Position numbers and translations under genes: made by a program. Under the pieces are notes generated by a model, which was not told where the DNA came from, did not search any database, and worked only from the letters and a program-made list of their open reading frames with translations. Below are positions 29,417-40,103 of a stretch of DNA of 64,000 nt, one piece after another. This DNA is from Pseudomonadota bacterium (GTDB lineage Bacteria > Pseudomonadota > Alphaproteobacteria > Sphingomonadales > SMXR01): contig JADFIA010000003.1 in assembly GCA_022566895.1 (NCBI GenBank), positions 6,481-70,480 of the forward strand, written 5' to 3'. Each line of letters starts with the position of its first letter. The stretch's first letter is position 1.

Positions 29417-30408
29417 ATAAGCAGCACCTGCCGACGTATCAGGACGTGAAAGAGGCCGCCGAGCGCCTTTTAGGCATAACCATAAGAACCGCGCTCTTGC
29501 GTTCGGTGGAACTGGATCGGGCCACGGGCGGGCGAATTTGGGTCAAACCCGAATGCCTGCAGCTTTCCGGATCGTTCAAGATTCGGGGTGCCTACAACCG
29601 GTTGAGCACACTGTCCGAAGATGAACGGCGGCGCGGGGTGGTTGCCTTTTCATCGGGCAACCACGGCCAGGGCGTGGCGCTTGCAGCCAAGCTGTTGGGG
29701 ATCAAGGCGACCATCGTCATGCCCAAACAGGCGCCGAGGATCAAGATCGAAAAGACCCGCTCGCACGGCGCTGAGATTGTCTTTTTTGACGTCGGGACGG
29801 AAAGCCGCGAAGAGATTGCCAGAGAGATCGCCGGGCAGAGAGGCGCGGTTCTGGTGCCGTCGTTCGACGATGCTCAGGTGATGGCCGGGCAGGGCACCGC
29901 GGCCCTGGAGGCCATCGAGGATCTCGCGGTAAGAGATGTTACACTCGATGCTTATGTGGTCTGCGCCGGTGGTGGCGGCCTGATGGCCGGCACCTGTCTG
30001 GCCTTTGATGCCTTGTCGCCACGGACCGAACTTTACACCTCCGAGCCGGTCGGCCACGACGATCACGCGCGTTCCTTCGCCCTCGGCCAGCGGCAGACCA
30101 ATGCTGCCGAGGCGCCGGCAAGCTTTTGTGATGCTCTTTTGGTGCCGACGCCGGGCGAGCTGACTTTTGCTGTAAATCGCCGGTACGTGACCGGCGGTGT
30201 CGCGGTGTCCGATACGGAAGTGGCGGATGCGATGCGCTTTGCGGCCGATCATCTAAAACTTGTCGCCGAGCCGAGCGGTGCCGTAGCGCTGGCTGCGGTG
30301 CTTTCGGGCAAAATCGAAACCCGAGGCCGCGAGATCGGATTGATAATCACTGGAGGAAATCTCGACGCATCGGATTTTGCCGATATCCTGACTTCGCCAA
30401 AGGCGTAA
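29413..30408 (+). CDS. PLP-dependent threonine/serine dehydratase family enzyme
   Basis: PLP-lysine motif 'SGSFKIRGA', plus 'SSGNHGQGVA' and 'GGGGL'. No C-terminal ACT domain. Confidence 0.8.
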   Translation: MNKQHLPTYQDVKEAAERLLGITIRTALLRSVELDRATGGRIWVKPECLQLSGSFKIRGAYNRLSTLSEDERRRGVVAFSSGNHGQGVALAAKLLGIKATIVMPKQAPRIKIEKTRSHGAEIVFFDVGTESREEIAREIAGQRGAVLVPSFDDAQVMAGQGTAALEAIEDLAVRDVTLDAYVVCAGGGGLMAGTCLAFDALSPRTELYTSEPVGHDDHARSFALGQRQTNAAEAPASFCDALLVPTPGELTFAVNRRYVTGGVAVSDTEVADAMRFAADHLKLVAEPSGAVALAAVLSGKIETRGREIGLIITGGNLDASDFADILTSPKA

Positions 30409-30594
30409 CAAAGCGGTTGCACGGGGTCAGCGAGAGGGTAGAATGCGCCGGATTTTGAGGCCACGGCGCGATTTACCCCAAACAGGCCTCGGGCTGCCGC
30501 AGAGCCGAGCCAGAATGGATGCGGCCGTGCTATGAAAACCATGTTCGGCCGCGGCGAGCGGTGGCTTGTAATTACGACATTGGAGGATCAACAG

Positions 30595-32445
30595 ATGTAC
30601 TTACGCGCGCTATCGATCACAGCGCTGTCGCTGGCCTTGGTAGCCTGTGGCGACGATCAGGAAAAAACGGCCGAAAAGCAGGCCGGGACCAGTGAAACCG
30701 AAGTCGCGGCCGAGGTCGAGACCGAAAGCCAGCGGCTTTATGTTTTCTTCGAGGAGGTGTTTCAGGAAGGTCTGGCGCGGAGTCCAATACAGCAGAGCTT
30801 CCTGGGCATCAAAACCGACTATGGCGAATGGGACGATATCAGCGAGGCACGGGCCCAGGAAGACCATGAATTAACCCAGAAATACTTGCGCCAACTGGCT
30901 GAGTTCAATTTTGATGACCTGGATGAAAAAGCAACACTAAGTTACCGTCTTTTCAAACAAATTCAGGAACGTGATCTTGCGCAGTTCCGCTTCCGGGATC
31001 ACAATTATCCAGTCAATCAGATGTTTGGTTGGCACACCAACATCCCGAGTTTCCTGATCAATATTCACCGCATCACCAGCCTTGAGGACGCCGAGGCCTA
31101 TATCGCGCGCCTGAATGGGGCTGCAGAGCTCATCGATCAGGTGATCGTCAACCTCAAGAGGCGTCAGGAAGCGGGCATCATGCCGCCGCAATTTGCTTAT
31201 CCGCTGGTTCTCCAGGCCTCGCGGAACGTCATCAAGGGCGCGCCCTTCGAGACGGATACCGACGACGGCACGCTGTTGGCCGATTTCCGCAAGAAAATCG
31301 CCGCACTGGAGATTGAAGATGATCAAAAGGCGGCGCTTTTGAACCAGGCGGAACAGGCACTCTTAAGCTCGGTGTGGCCGGCCTACGAGGGCCTGATTAC
31401 CTTCCTGGCCCAGCAATCGACTGTGGCCACGACCGAAGACGGGGTGTGGAAGCTTCCCGACGGTGCCGAGTTTTACACCTCGATGCTGGCCAACTTCACG
31501 ACGACCGAGCTGACCGCATCAGAGATCTACGACCTGGGCTTGGCCAATGTCGAGCGCATCCACAATGAGATGCAGGAGATCATGGACCAAGTTGGCTTCG
31601 AAGGTTCTCTGAGCGAGTTTTTCACCTTCATGCGTGAGGATGGACAGTTCTACTATCCGAATAGCGATCAGGGCCGGGCCGAATATCTCGCCAAGGCGAT
31701 CGCCGTTATCGAGGCAATGAAGCAGCGTCTGCCCGATTTCTTCTCGCGCTTTCCAAAGGCCGAACTTGTGGTCAAGCGGGTCGAGCCGTTCCGCGAACGC
31801 TCGGCCGGCAAGGCTTTTTACCAGCGGCCGGCGCCGGACGGCTCGCGACCGGGAACCTATTACGCCAACCTTGCCGATATGAAGGATATGCCGAGCTATC
31901 AGATGGAGGCGCTAGCCTATCACGAGGGCATCCCCGGCCATCATATGCAGCTGGCGATCTCGCAGGAGTTGGAAGGCATTCCACAGTTCCAGAAGTTCGC
32001 AAGCTTCACCGCCTATATTGAGGGCTGGGGCCTTTATTCCGAATATCTGGCCAAGGATATGGGCTTCTATGAGGATCCCTATTCAGATTTCGGGCGACTG
32101 GCGATGGAGCTGTGGCGGGCCTGCCGGCTGGTCGTCGATACGGGTATCCACGACAAGAAATGGACCCGCGAGCAGGCGATGCAGTATTTGAGGGACAATA
32201 CGCCCAATCCCGAGGGCGACATCGAAATGGCGATCAATCGTTATATCGTCTTCCCGGGTCAGGCCACAGCCTATATGGTGGGCAAGATCAAGATTCTTGA
32301 GCTTCGGGAATGGGCGGCGGAAGAGCTTGGCGAAAAATTTGACATTCGTGGATTTCACGACGAAGTACTTCGCCACGGCCCGGTACCGCTGGACATTCTG
32401 GACGAAAATGTCCGCGCCTGGGTGGTCTCGGTCAAAGCGGAATAG
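30595..32445 (+). CDS. DUF885-family lipoprotein (putative metallopeptidase fold)
   Basis: Lipobox 'LALVAC', with 'YHEGIPGHHMQ' and 'EGWGLYSE' motifs. GGAGGA RBS lies ahead of the ATG at 30595. Confidence 0.7.
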   Translation: MYLRALSITALSLALVACGDDQEKTAEKQAGTSETEVAAEVETESQRLYVFFEEVFQEGLARSPIQQSFLGIKTDYGEWDDISEARAQEDHELTQKYLRQLAEFNFDDLDEKATLSYRLFKQIQERDLAQFRFRDHNYPVNQMFGWHTNIPSFLINIHRITSLEDAEAYIARLNGAAELIDQVIVNLKRRQEAGIMPPQFAYPLVLQASRNVIKGAPFETDTDDGTLLADFRKKIAALEIEDDQKAALLNQAEQALLSSVWPAYEGLITFLAQQSTVATTEDGVWKLPDGAEFYTSMLANFTTTELTASEIYDLGLANVERIHNEMQEIMDQVGFEGSLSEFFTFMREDGQFYYPNSDQGRAEYLAKAIAVIEAMKQRLPDFFSRFPKAELVVKRVEPFRERSAGKAFYQRPAPDGSRPGTYYANLADMKDMPSYQMEALAYHEGIPGHHMQLAISQELEGIPQFQKFASFTAYIEGWGLYSEYLAKDMGFYEDPYSDFGRLAMELWRACRLVVDTGIHDKKWTREQAMQYLRDNTPNPEGDIEMAINRYIVFPGQATAYMVGKIKILELREWAAEELGEKFDIRGFHDEVLRHGPVPLDILDENVRAWVVSVKAE

Positions 32446-32494
32446 AAACCAGATAGCCCGCTTTCATAGTTGGGTGAGGACTTGAGGGCGAGCG

Positions 32495-33196
32495 ATGCTG
32501 CCGCTGCGAGACGATAACCCCACCGTGCACCCGCCGATCCTAACGGTCGGCCTGATAGTCGTCTGTGTGGCGGTTTTCCTGTTGCAGATCGCAGCTGGGC
32601 AAAGCGGCGATAACGAGATCATCTACCGCTTTGGTCTCATTCCGGCGGTATTCTTGGGGCACGCCAGCCTGCCGTACGGCTTTTCGCAGTTTCCGCCGAT
32701 CCTGACGCTATTCACCTCGATGTTTCTGCATGGCGGCTGGCTGCATCTTGGCGGCAACATGCTTTTCCTGTGGATTTTCGGCAACAACGTTGAAGATGTT
32801 CTCGGTCACGTGAAGTTTCTGATCTTCTATATCCTGAGCGGCGTCGGTGCTGGTGTTGCCCAGATGCTCGTGGATACCCAGTCGCAAATACCGATGGTCG
32901 GGGCCAGCGGCGCTATCGCCGGCATACTTGCGGCCTATATGGTGATGTTCCCGCGAGCTAAAGTATTAACCTTGGTCTGGCTTGGTTTTTTCGTAACCAC
33001 CGTGCGTATCGCGGCGATCTGGTTCTTGGGCATCTGGTTGGGTTTGCAATGGATCAATGCGCTGTCGACGCCGGCTGGCGGAGCAGGCGTTGCCTGGTGG
33101 GCGCATCTGGGCGGTTTCGGCGCCGGTCTGATACTCTTGGTCTTCCTGAAGCCGACCAAATATCTTTTCGGGCCCCGGCGCCGCGGCCCCTGGTAG
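32495..33196 (+). CDS. rhomboid-family intramembrane serine protease
   Basis: 'HGGWLHLGGNMLFLWIFG' and catalytic 'GASGAIAG', with a downstream 'AHLGGF'. Confidence 0.85.
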   Translation: MLPLRDDNPTVHPPILTVGLIVVCVAVFLLQIAAGQSGDNEIIYRFGLIPAVFLGHASLPYGFSQFPPILTLFTSMFLHGGWLHLGGNMLFLWIFGNNVEDVLGHVKFLIFYILSGVGAGVAQMLVDTQSQIPMVGASGAIAGILAAYMVMFPRAKVLTLVWLGFFVTTVRIAAIWFLGIWLGLQWINALSTPAGGAGVAWWAHLGGFGAGLILLVFLKPTKYLFGPRRRGPW

Positions 33197-33207
33197 GCCG
33201 TCGGCTC

Positions 33208-33438
33208 CTAATCCTTGCTGGTGTCGGGATCAATCAGACGATGCAGGTGAACGATCACATAGCGATACATGGCGTCGTCGACGCGCCGCTGGGACGCCCC
33301 GCGCCAGGCCGCTTCGGCGGATTGGAACTCGGGGTAGATGCCGACAATGTCGATCTCGTCGACATCTTCAAATTCGAGCTTTCGGGGATCCCGGAGCCGG
33401 CCCCCGAATACGAGATGCAAAAGCTGCTTCTTGGCCAT
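33208..33438 (-). CDS. DUF4170-like small protein
   Basis: 'LHLVFGGRL...IVGIYPEFQSAEAAWRG...YRYVIVHLHRLIDP' pattern, recalled from DUF4170. Confidence 0.55.
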   Translation of the reverse strand: MAKKQLLHLVFGGRLRDPRKLEFEDVDEIDIVGIYPEFQSAEAAWRGASQRRVDDAMYRYVIVHLHRLIDPDTSKD

Positions 33439-33473
33439 TCGCTCGACCTTCCCCCCGCCTTCACGCTGCCGTA

Positions 33474-34157
33474 TTATTGCACCACTGCTTTAGCTGTCTG
33501 GGCTTTATCCAGCTCGGCCCGACGTTTCAAGTTGGCAATCAGACTGTCGAGACCGGAGCTGGCTATTTTGGCCATAAATTCGTCGCGCTGGGTAATCACC
33601 ATGCTGATGCCCTCGATTTTAAGATCGATAACCTTGAACTTCTCTTTGATCCTGCGCACGCGCCAGTCGGCGGCCAACGGCGGACCGTCCGGACGGCTGA
33701 TCCTGCTGCGCACATAGATGTCTCGCTTGCCGGCCGGGGCCGTGCCGTCGACGAAAATCTCTTCGTCGCCATATTCGGTTAGGCGGCTCGAGAAAATCCG
33801 CAAGATATATTCGGGAAAGATCCTGTCATATTCGGCCACTTGCGCCTTGCTTGCAGTCCGCCGATGCCGGCCCAGGACCAGGCGGCCGACATAATCAAGC
33901 GCGAATCCATCTTTCAGGAGACTGCGGAAGGCCTTATCCCGCTCGTCCTGGGTCAGCATCGTATCGTTCAGGATGCCGAAGGCTTCGTTGGCCAATAGGC
34001 GAACGAACTCTTCGGCCGCGATCGAATCCTCAGCCGCGGACTCGGCAGTCAAGCCTTGGCTTGCCCCCGAGATAACAAAAAGGACAGCAACAATACTGGC
34101 CAGGAATCCTCGTCTCATCGAATTGCTCCGCTGTTTGCCGTAGGGGCTTACCATCAA
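33474..34157 (-). CDS. MlaC/Ttg2D-family periplasmic lipid-binding protein
   Basis: Signal peptide. 'FALDYVGRLVLGRHRR...KVIDLKIEGISMVITQRDEF...GLDSLIANL' matches the MlaC pattern. The start may be 34118. Confidence 0.7.
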   Translation of the reverse strand: MMVSPYGKQRSNSMRRGFLASIVAVLFVISGASQGLTAESAAEDSIAAEEFVRLLANEAFGILNDTMLTQDERDKAFRSLLKDGFALDYVGRLVLGRHRRTASKAQVAEYDRIFPEYILRIFSSRLTEYGDEEIFVDGTAPAGKRDIYVRSRISRPDGPPLAADWRVRRIKEKFKVIDLKIEGISMVITQRDEFMAKIASSGLDSLIANLKRRAELDKAQTAKAVVQ

Positions 34158-34203
34158 GGCGGAATATGGCCTTAATCAGGCAGAGATCAAGCCGCCTCGC
34201 GAT

Positions 34204-34641
34204 TTATTGAGCGCCGTTAAAGACCTCGCGCAAATAGGCCAGCAAATCCTTGCGGTCCTGAGGATTCCGTATGCCGGCAAACGGCATTTTGTTGCCGGGC
34301 AGGAATGCCTTTGGCGAGGCCAGCCATTCGTCGAGCGCCGCTTCGGTCCACATGAAATCGGCTTCTTTTAGCGCGTTTGAATATCTCGGAAAGCCGGCTG
34401 CGGTGCCGGCCTCTTGACCAAACAGATTGGCCAGGCTTGGTCCCATCCGATGCTGTGCGGCGACCAATGTATGGCAGGCTTGACAGCGCATGAACACGCG
34501 CTTGCCCTTAACCGGGTCGCCGGCCGCAGACAGGGTCCGGTCATCCACTTCTCCTGCCGCTTTTAGTGCCGTTGTCAATCCAAGTCCGGCTACCAACGCC
34601 AGCCCCAACGTAAAAACACTCAGGACTAAATATTTGCGCAT
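34204..34641 (-). CDS. class I c-type cytochrome (c2-like)
   Basis: Signal peptide, 'CQACH' heme motif and a distal 'NKMPFAG' Met ligand. Confidence 0.85.
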   Translation of the reverse strand: MRKYLVLSVFTLGLALVAGLGLTTALKAAGEVDDRTLSAAGDPVKGKRVFMRCQACHTLVAAQHRMGPSLANLFGQEAGTAAGFPRYSNALKEADFMWTEAALDEWLASPKAFLPGNKMPFAGIRNPQDRKDLLAYLREVFNGAQ

Positions 34642-34690
34642 CGTGTTATCTCCGCTTGATCACTATTCTCATTTGTCGTTCGGGCCGAGT

Positions 34691-36364
34691 TCAACCGGCC
34701 GGTTTCGCTTCGGCCACGGCCACGTAGGGCTGGATTTCACCGCTTTTCAATCGGCTCAGATAGGAGCCTAGCATGCGCTTGACCTTGGGCGCCAGAATGT
34801 AAAGCCCGATGATATTCGGGAAGGCCATGGACAACAGCATGGCGTCGGCGAAATCCATGACCGTGGTCAACTGCATTGCCGAACCGACAATCAAGGTTCC
34901 CAAAAAGGCGATCTTTAGACTCAGATCAAGGACGCGTGAATCTCCGAACAGATATACGAAACAGCGCTGGCCGTAATAGAACCAGGTTATCGAGGTTGAA
35001 AAGGCAAAAAGCACCACTGCCACCGAGAGGATATAGGGGAACCAGCTGAAGACGCTGGCAAATGCATTCGAGGTCAGTGTAATGCCGTTGGCCCCGCCAA
35101 TCTCGTGCATGCCGGTCAGAATGATCACCAAGGCGGTGGCCGTGCACACAACGACCGTATCGACGAACGGCTCCAGCAACGCCACCAGGCCTTCGGCCAC
35201 CGGCTCCCTGGTCTTGGCGGCGGCGTGGGCGATGGCTGCCGAGCCGAGCCCGGCTTCGTTTGAAAATGAGGCCCGCCGCAGACCTTGAATCAAGACACCG
35301 ATCAGGCCCCCGGTCACCCCTTCGGGCGAAAAGGCGCCCTCCAGGATGGCGCCAAAGGCGGCCGGAACTTCGGTTATGTTGAAGAAGATAATGACCAGCG
35401 CGGTGCTGAGATAGATCCCGGCCATGGCCGGGACCAGAATCTCGGTCACATGGGCAATCTTTCGGATGCCGCCAATAATAACGAAGCCGACCACCGCCGC
35501 GTAGACCAGGCCAAAGCTCCAGCCGGCCTGAGTGAAAAATCCCGATCCGGTGGCCAGCTCGAAAGTGCTGGCGAACTGTTGGGTGGCCTGGTTGACCTGA
35601 AACATGGCTCCTGACCCGAAGGCACCGGCCAAGCACAGAATGGCGGCCAGCACCGCCAATACTTTGCCGAGGCCGGGCAGACCGAGCTCGGCCAAGCCCT
35701 GGCTCAGGTAATACATCGGGCCGCCCGAAACGACGCCGTTCTCGTCGATCTTCCGGTAGTGATGTCCCAGCGTACATTCGACAAATTTCGAGGTCATGCC
35801 GAACAGACCCGCCAGGATCATCCAGAAGGTGGCGCCCGCACCGCCGATACTTACGGCGATCGCGACGCCGGCAATATTGCCCAGGCCGACGGTTCCCGAG
35901 AGGGCCGCCGAAAGCGCCTGAAAGTGGGTCACCTCGCCGGGGTCGTCGGGATTGTCATATTTGCCGGAGACAATCCTCAAGGACTGCCTGAAAGCCCGGA
36001 AGTTAATGAACCTCATATAGAATGTGAAATAAACCGCCGCAGATATCAGCAACAAGACAATGAAAGGGAAGACGATGCGCTCGCGGCCGTCGATGGTCGT
36101 GCGGTCGGCCACCGGATCGTACAGGGTCAGTCCCTCGAAGGTCAGATCGTCGTGTGAGGCGGCATCGTTCGAAAACTCGAACCCGGAAAACAAAACGCTG
36201 CCCAATGTCCGGGTCAGCGGCTGCACCGCCTGGTTAATCCGCTGATCGATGGTCAGCGCCTGGCGCTCCATTTCAGAGGCCGTCTGTTGGCTCGAGGCGG
36301 GCGCAGTCCACCCCAGAACTGCAAGGCACAAGAACAAGCACAAACCATAATGAAGGGATTTCAT
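34691..36364 (-). CDS. alanine/glycine:cation symporter (AGCS) family transporter with N-terminal extension
   Basis: '[35 protein letters not shown]' AGCS signature. ATG at 36364 or 36370; the track ORF extends to 36445. Confidence 0.85.
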   Translation of the reverse strand: MKSLHYGLCLFLCLAVLGWTAPASSQQTASEMERQALTIDQRINQAVQPLTRTLGSVLFSGFEFSNDAASHDDLTFEGLTLYDPVADRTTIDGRERIVFPFIVLLLISAAVYFTFYMRFINFRAFRQSLRIVSGKYDNPDDPGEVTHFQALSAALSGTVGLGNIAGVAIAVSIGGAGATFWMILAGLFGMTSKFVECTLGHHYRKIDENGVVSGGPMYYLSQGLAELGLPGLGKVLAVLAAILCLAGAFGSGAMFQVNQATQQFASTFELATGSGFFTQAGWSFGLVYAAVVGFVIIGGIRKIAHVTEILVPAMAGIYLSTALVIIFFNITEVPAAFGAILEGAFSPEGVTGGLIGVLIQGLRRASFSNEAGLGSAAIAHAAAKTREPVAEGLVALLEPFVDTVVVCTATALVIILTGMHEIGGANGITLTSNAFASVFSWFPYILSVAVVLFAFSTSITWFYYGQRCFVYLFGDSRVLDLSLKIAFLGTLIVGSAMQLTTVMDFADAMLLSMAFPNIIGLYILAPKVKRMLGSYLSRLKSGEIQPYVAVAEAKPAG

Positions 36365-36487
36365 GGGCATGAAGGACGACCGTGTTTGGTTACTGCTCGC
36401 GGTTACAAGGCCCCGCATGCTAGCGATTCCGGCCGACCAGCACAAGGCGCGACATCCTTGGTTTTCCGGGCTGCCGGAGGTCGCGAC

Positions 36488-37858
36488 TTAGAGGCCATAG
36501 CGATGCGGCAGCCAGAGCGCGATTTGCGGCCACATAAGTAATGCTGCGAGACCAAGGATCTGTAGCAGAACGAAAGGCAGAACGCCTTTGTAGATATGCT
36601 GCATTTTGACCGCTTTGGGGGCCACCCCCTTCATATAGAACAAGGCAAAGCCAAAAGGCGGGGTTAGAAAACTGGTCTGCAAATTGACTGCAACCAGGAT
36701 CGCAAACCAAATGACCGTCATCCCTTCGTAGGGCATGTGGCTCCCAAAATCGAGCGCCTTGACCAGCGGCGCGAAGACCGGCAGCACAATCAGACTGATC
36801 TGGATCCAATCGAAGAAGAAGCCGAGCAGAAACACCACAAACATCAGCGCCAAAAGCACACTCCAGGGACCAACGTTGACCGCTTCAATTCCCTGAACGA
36901 TCAGATCATGCCCGCCCAGCAACGCGAAGACGTAGGAAAAGGCTGTAGCGCCGACAAAAATCCCGAACAGCATAGCGCCGGTTAGTGCCGATTGCTCAAC
37001 CACTTCACTGAGGATCCGGCGCGAGAGTTTCCGCCGCACCCAGGCCAGCAACAGGGCGCCGCCGGCGCCGACGCCCGAGGCTTCGGTGGGGGTCGCAAAG
37101 CCGGCAAAAATCGAGCCGAGCACCAGGGTGATCAGAAACAGCGGCGGCAAAACACTTCGGATCACCAAGACGGCCATGCCGCCACGGTATTTCTCGTATT
37201 CTTCCACCGGCAGGGGCGGTGCCAAATGCGGCTGGATGCTGGCGCGAATGATGATGTAGGCAAAATATAGGACCGCCAGAAGAAGACCCGGCATTAGGGC
37301 AGCAAAGAACAGGGTGCCGATCGGTACGCTCAAGAGATTGCCCATGACCACCAGCATGATGCTCGGCGGGATCAAGATCCCCAGAGTGCCGGCCGAGGCG
37401 ATGGTGCCGGTGGCCAGTGGCAGATCGTATCCGCGCTGGCTCATTATCGGCAGCGCCATCAGGGTCAGCATGACGACGCTGGCACCGATAATGCCCGTGG
37501 TCGCGGCCATGATCACACCGAGCCCGACGACCGCGACGGCCAGACCGCCGGGCACCCGGCGCAGCAACAATTGAAGGGTTGTCAAAAGATCGTGGGCCAC
37601 GCCGCTGCGCTCGAGCATGGTGCCCATGAAGATGAACATGGGGATGGCCACAAGCACCAGATTATTGACGATGCCGCCGTAGATTCGCGACACCACCAGA
37701 AAGAAGGAATCGTCGTTCACCACCCCCAGGGCAACAGCCAAAAGCCAGAAACCGAAACCGACGCCGCCCAGAACGAAGGCCACTGGATAGCCCGAGAACA
37801 GAAGCGGTATCAGGACCAAGAACATATAGAGCGGCAGAAATTCGACCAGTATGTCCAT
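36488..37858 (-). CDS. dctM: TRAP transporter large permease
   Basis: 456 aa and about 12 TM segments, in DctM-like order downstream of the small permease. Confidence 0.9.
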   Translation of the reverse strand: MDILVEFLPLYMFLVLIPLLFSGYPVAFVLGGVGFGFWLLAVALGVVNDDSFFLVVSRIYGGIVNNLVLVAIPMFIFMGTMLERSGVAHDLLTTLQLLLRRVPGGLAVAVVGLGVIMAATTGIIGASVVMLTLMALPIMSQRGYDLPLATGTIASAGTLGILIPPSIMLVVMGNLLSVPIGTLFFAALMPGLLLAVLYFAYIIIRASIQPHLAPPLPVEEYEKYRGGMAVLVIRSVLPPLFLITLVLGSIFAGFATPTEASGVGAGGALLLAWVRRKLSRRILSEVVEQSALTGAMLFGIFVGATAFSYVFALLGGHDLIVQGIEAVNVGPWSVLLALMFVVFLLGFFFDWIQISLIVLPVFAPLVKALDFGSHMPYEGMTVIWFAILVAVNLQTSFLTPPFGFALFYMKGVAPKAVKMQHIYKGVLPFVLLQILGLAALLMWPQIALWLPHRYGL

Positions 37859-37870
37859 TGCCGCCGCCCC

Positions 37871-38440
37871 CTAGACCGTCTTGTGTTGGTCGGAAAGCTC
37901 AGCCTCGATTGCCGCCCGCGCCGCCTCGTCACCGGTCAATAGCCACACCAGCGAGCGGATCAGATTGGCCAGCGCCGGCAGGATAAGAAGCACAAAGCCG
38001 GCCACCAGAACGCCTTTGATGATCCAGCGGCCGCCCAGCCCGGTGGCCGTGGGCGAGGATTCCGAATAGCCAAAGGACATGGCGGCGTAATCCCAGCCAA
38101 AGAAAACAACCGCCAGCGCGAAGGGCAGCAAAAGAAACAGTGTGCCGGCGACCTCCATCCAGGCCTTTGTGCGCTCGCTCCATTTTTCACGGAACAGCTC
38201 GATCCGCACATGAGCCCCGCGGGCATAGGCAAAGCCCAGGCAGCTTAAAAACAGGAACCCGTGGAGGTGCCACTCAAGTTCCTGGAGTTTGGTCGAGCCG
38301 ATGACAAAATACCGCCGCAGAATGACGTCGCTCAAGATAACCAGGATCATCAAAATGGCGGCCCAGGCGGCCAGCCGGCCGATGCGTACGGCCAGCTGCT
38401 CGAAGATATCCGAAACCCGCAACAAGGCTTTGGTGCTCAT
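37871..38440 (-). CDS. dctQ: TRAP transporter small permease
   Basis: 189 aa with four TM segments. 4-nt overlap with the upstream binding-protein gene. Confidence 0.8.
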   Translation of the reverse strand: MSTKALLRVSDIFEQLAVRIGRLAAWAAILMILVILSDVILRRYFVIGSTKLQELEWHLHGFLFLSCLGFAYARGAHVRIELFREKWSERTKAWMEVAGTLFLLLPFALAVVFFGWDYAAMSFGYSESSPTATGLGGRWIIKGVLVAGFVLLILPALANLIRSLVWLLTGDEAARAAIEAELSDQHKTV

Positions 38441-39513
38441 CGCTTCAGGTATCCGCGTTGACGCCAGATCGTATAGTCTTGGCGAAAGGTGCTCAGGGAC
38501 TGCCAGACCCGCGCGAAGTCTTCGTCCGCGTCCACCAGCTCACCGACCACTTCGAGCCACGCCGCTTCGAAGGCCAGCAGCAGTTCGTCCGGCCAGGTCT
38601 TCAGGGTCACGCCGCGTTCCTCGATCGCTCTGAGCGCCGCCATCTGAATGGCTTCACCCTCGGCGATGCCGTGACGGACGTTATCCCCGCAGACCACCTC
38701 GATCTGGGCCTGTTGCGTTTCGCTCAACGAGTGCCAGGCATCGAGGTTGATGATCAGCTCGTAAAAGGTTGATTGCTGGTGCCAGCCCGGGAAATAGTAA
38801 AATTTGGCGGCCTGCCAGAAGCCCATGGCGTAATCCACCGCCGGCATCGAGAACTCGGCCCCGTCGATGGTCCCCAGCTCGAGCGCCGGCAAAATATCAC
38901 CGCCGGCCAGAAGCTGCGCCGAGGCGCCCAGCTTTTCAAGCACCAGGGCCCCGAGCCCGAAATAGCGGATTTTTTTGCCGCGCAGATCTTCCACCGTATT
39001 TATCTCGGTCTTGAACCAACCCGCCGCTTCGGGCGCCGTGGCTCCACAAATAATCCCATGGATATTATGCTTGGCGTAGATCTCCTCGAACAACTGGCGG
39101 CCGCCGCCGTGGTAATACCAGGCCAGATATTCGGGCGCGTCGGGCCCGAAGGGCACCGAGGCAAAAAGCTGCAGGGCCGGAACCTTGCCGGCCCAGTAAC
39201 CGGAGGTGGACCAGCCGGCCTCGATGGCCCCGTAGGAGACCACATCAAACCCTTCCAGAGCCGGGGCCAGGGCTCCGGGCTCGTGAAATTTGATCTCGAT
39301 ATTGCCGCCCGAGACCCGCAACAGCTCGGTCTCGATACGCTTGCCCATGGTTCCGAGCATGATCAAAGACGACGGGAAAGTGCTGGTCATGCGCCAGTGG
39401 ACCGGGGCGCCTTCGGCAACTTCCACGGTCTCTTCGTTGGCTGGCGAACAGGCGCCGGCCAAGAGGCATGCAGCCACAAGACTGGCCGAGAGCGTCAGCG
39501 GTCTCAATATCAT
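38437..39513 (-). CDS. dctP: TRAP transporter substrate-binding protein (DctP type)
   Basis: ATG at 39513 with a GGGGGAAGG RBS. Signal/lipobox-like 'SLVAACLLAGAC'. The mature part is DctP-like. The track ORF start at 39882 adds an implausible 123 aa. Confidence 0.85.
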   Translation of the reverse strand: MILRPLTLSASLVAACLLAGACSPANEETVEVAEGAPVHWRMTSTFPSSLIMLGTMGKRIETELLRVSGGNIEIKFHEPGALAPALEGFDVVSYGAIEAGWSTSGYWAGKVPALQLFASVPFGPDAPEYLAWYYHGGGRQLFEEIYAKHNIHGIICGATAPEAAGWFKTEINTVEDLRGKKIRYFGLGALVLEKLGASAQLLAGGDILPALELGTIDGAEFSMPAVDYAMGFWQAAKFYYFPGWHQQSTFYELIINLDAWHSLSETQQAQIEVVCGDNVRHGIAEGEAIQMAALRAIEERGVTLKTWPDELLLAFEAAWLEVVGELVDADEDFARVWQSLSTFRQDYTIWRQRGYLKR

Positions 39514-39737
39514 TTTCGGTCCTTCCCCCGGTTTTAAGGCTGTGGCGATCGCTTGGCGGATTGGGGCGCCAGAGGGCTTAGGTTCCCTTTTTCTGCAGGC
39601 TCGGTCAACCTCGGCGTATCCCTTGGCCAGCACCGCATCCACCGGGGGAGGGGTGGTCAATTCCGGGCCAAACATGACAAATACCGCGATTTGGGGCAGA
39701 ATGGGCGGTTGGGTTTTAAAAGGGGTGGGTCCCGAAC

Positions 39738-40010
39738 ATGAACGTAAGTAGCGGAACGTACAAGCGGTCCGGGCGCACAAGGGCATTTCCATCGCGCGCC
39801 CAGACGCGCTATTTGTCCCTGGGGTTACGCCAGCCCGGGGGCAAGTTACCGCTTTTTGATGCGGACGGTCAGAGGATTTCACAGCGGACCATCCGGGCCT
39901 GTGTTGAGGCCGGCTGGTGCCATCCCTGGCATAAAAACCCGGTTCAGCCCGACTGGTTGGTCTGCCGTTTGAGCGACCGCGGTCGCGAGGTGGTCGAGGG
40001 CGACAAGTAA
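39738..40010 (+). CDS. hypothetical small Cys/Trp-rich protein
   Basis: 90-codon ORF with GC-rich third positions in its last two thirds ('...ACVEAGWCHPWHKNPVQPDWLVCRLSDRGREVV'). I recognise no family. Confidence 0.35.
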   Translation: MNVSSGTYKRSGRTRAFPSRAQTRYLSLGLRQPGGKLPLFDADGQRISQRTIRACVEAGWCHPWHKNPVQPDWLVCRLSDRGREVVEGDK

Positions 40011-40103
40011 CACTTCCGTTTTATGCGAATTTGCAGCTCCCTTAAAAACGGGGAAGGGCGTTTTGGCCTATCTTTCTGTTGACCCGAAGGATCTTGTGTA
40101 TTA

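Noticed and set aside
36365-36487. A possible glycine riboswitch upstream of the AGCS (alanine/glycine symporter) gene.
   Set aside because: I could not find the conserved glycine-aptamer core (GGAGAG ... ACCGAAGGGGCAA-like) on the minus strand. Only a generic CGCGAC/GTCGCG hairpin is present. An Rfam scan would settle it.
39514-39882. A 123-aa N-terminal extension of the TRAP binding protein in the ORF track (481-aa version).
   Set aside because: The extension is low-complexity and basic. The internal ATG at 39513 has a strong RBS and is followed immediately by a signal/lipobox sequence.
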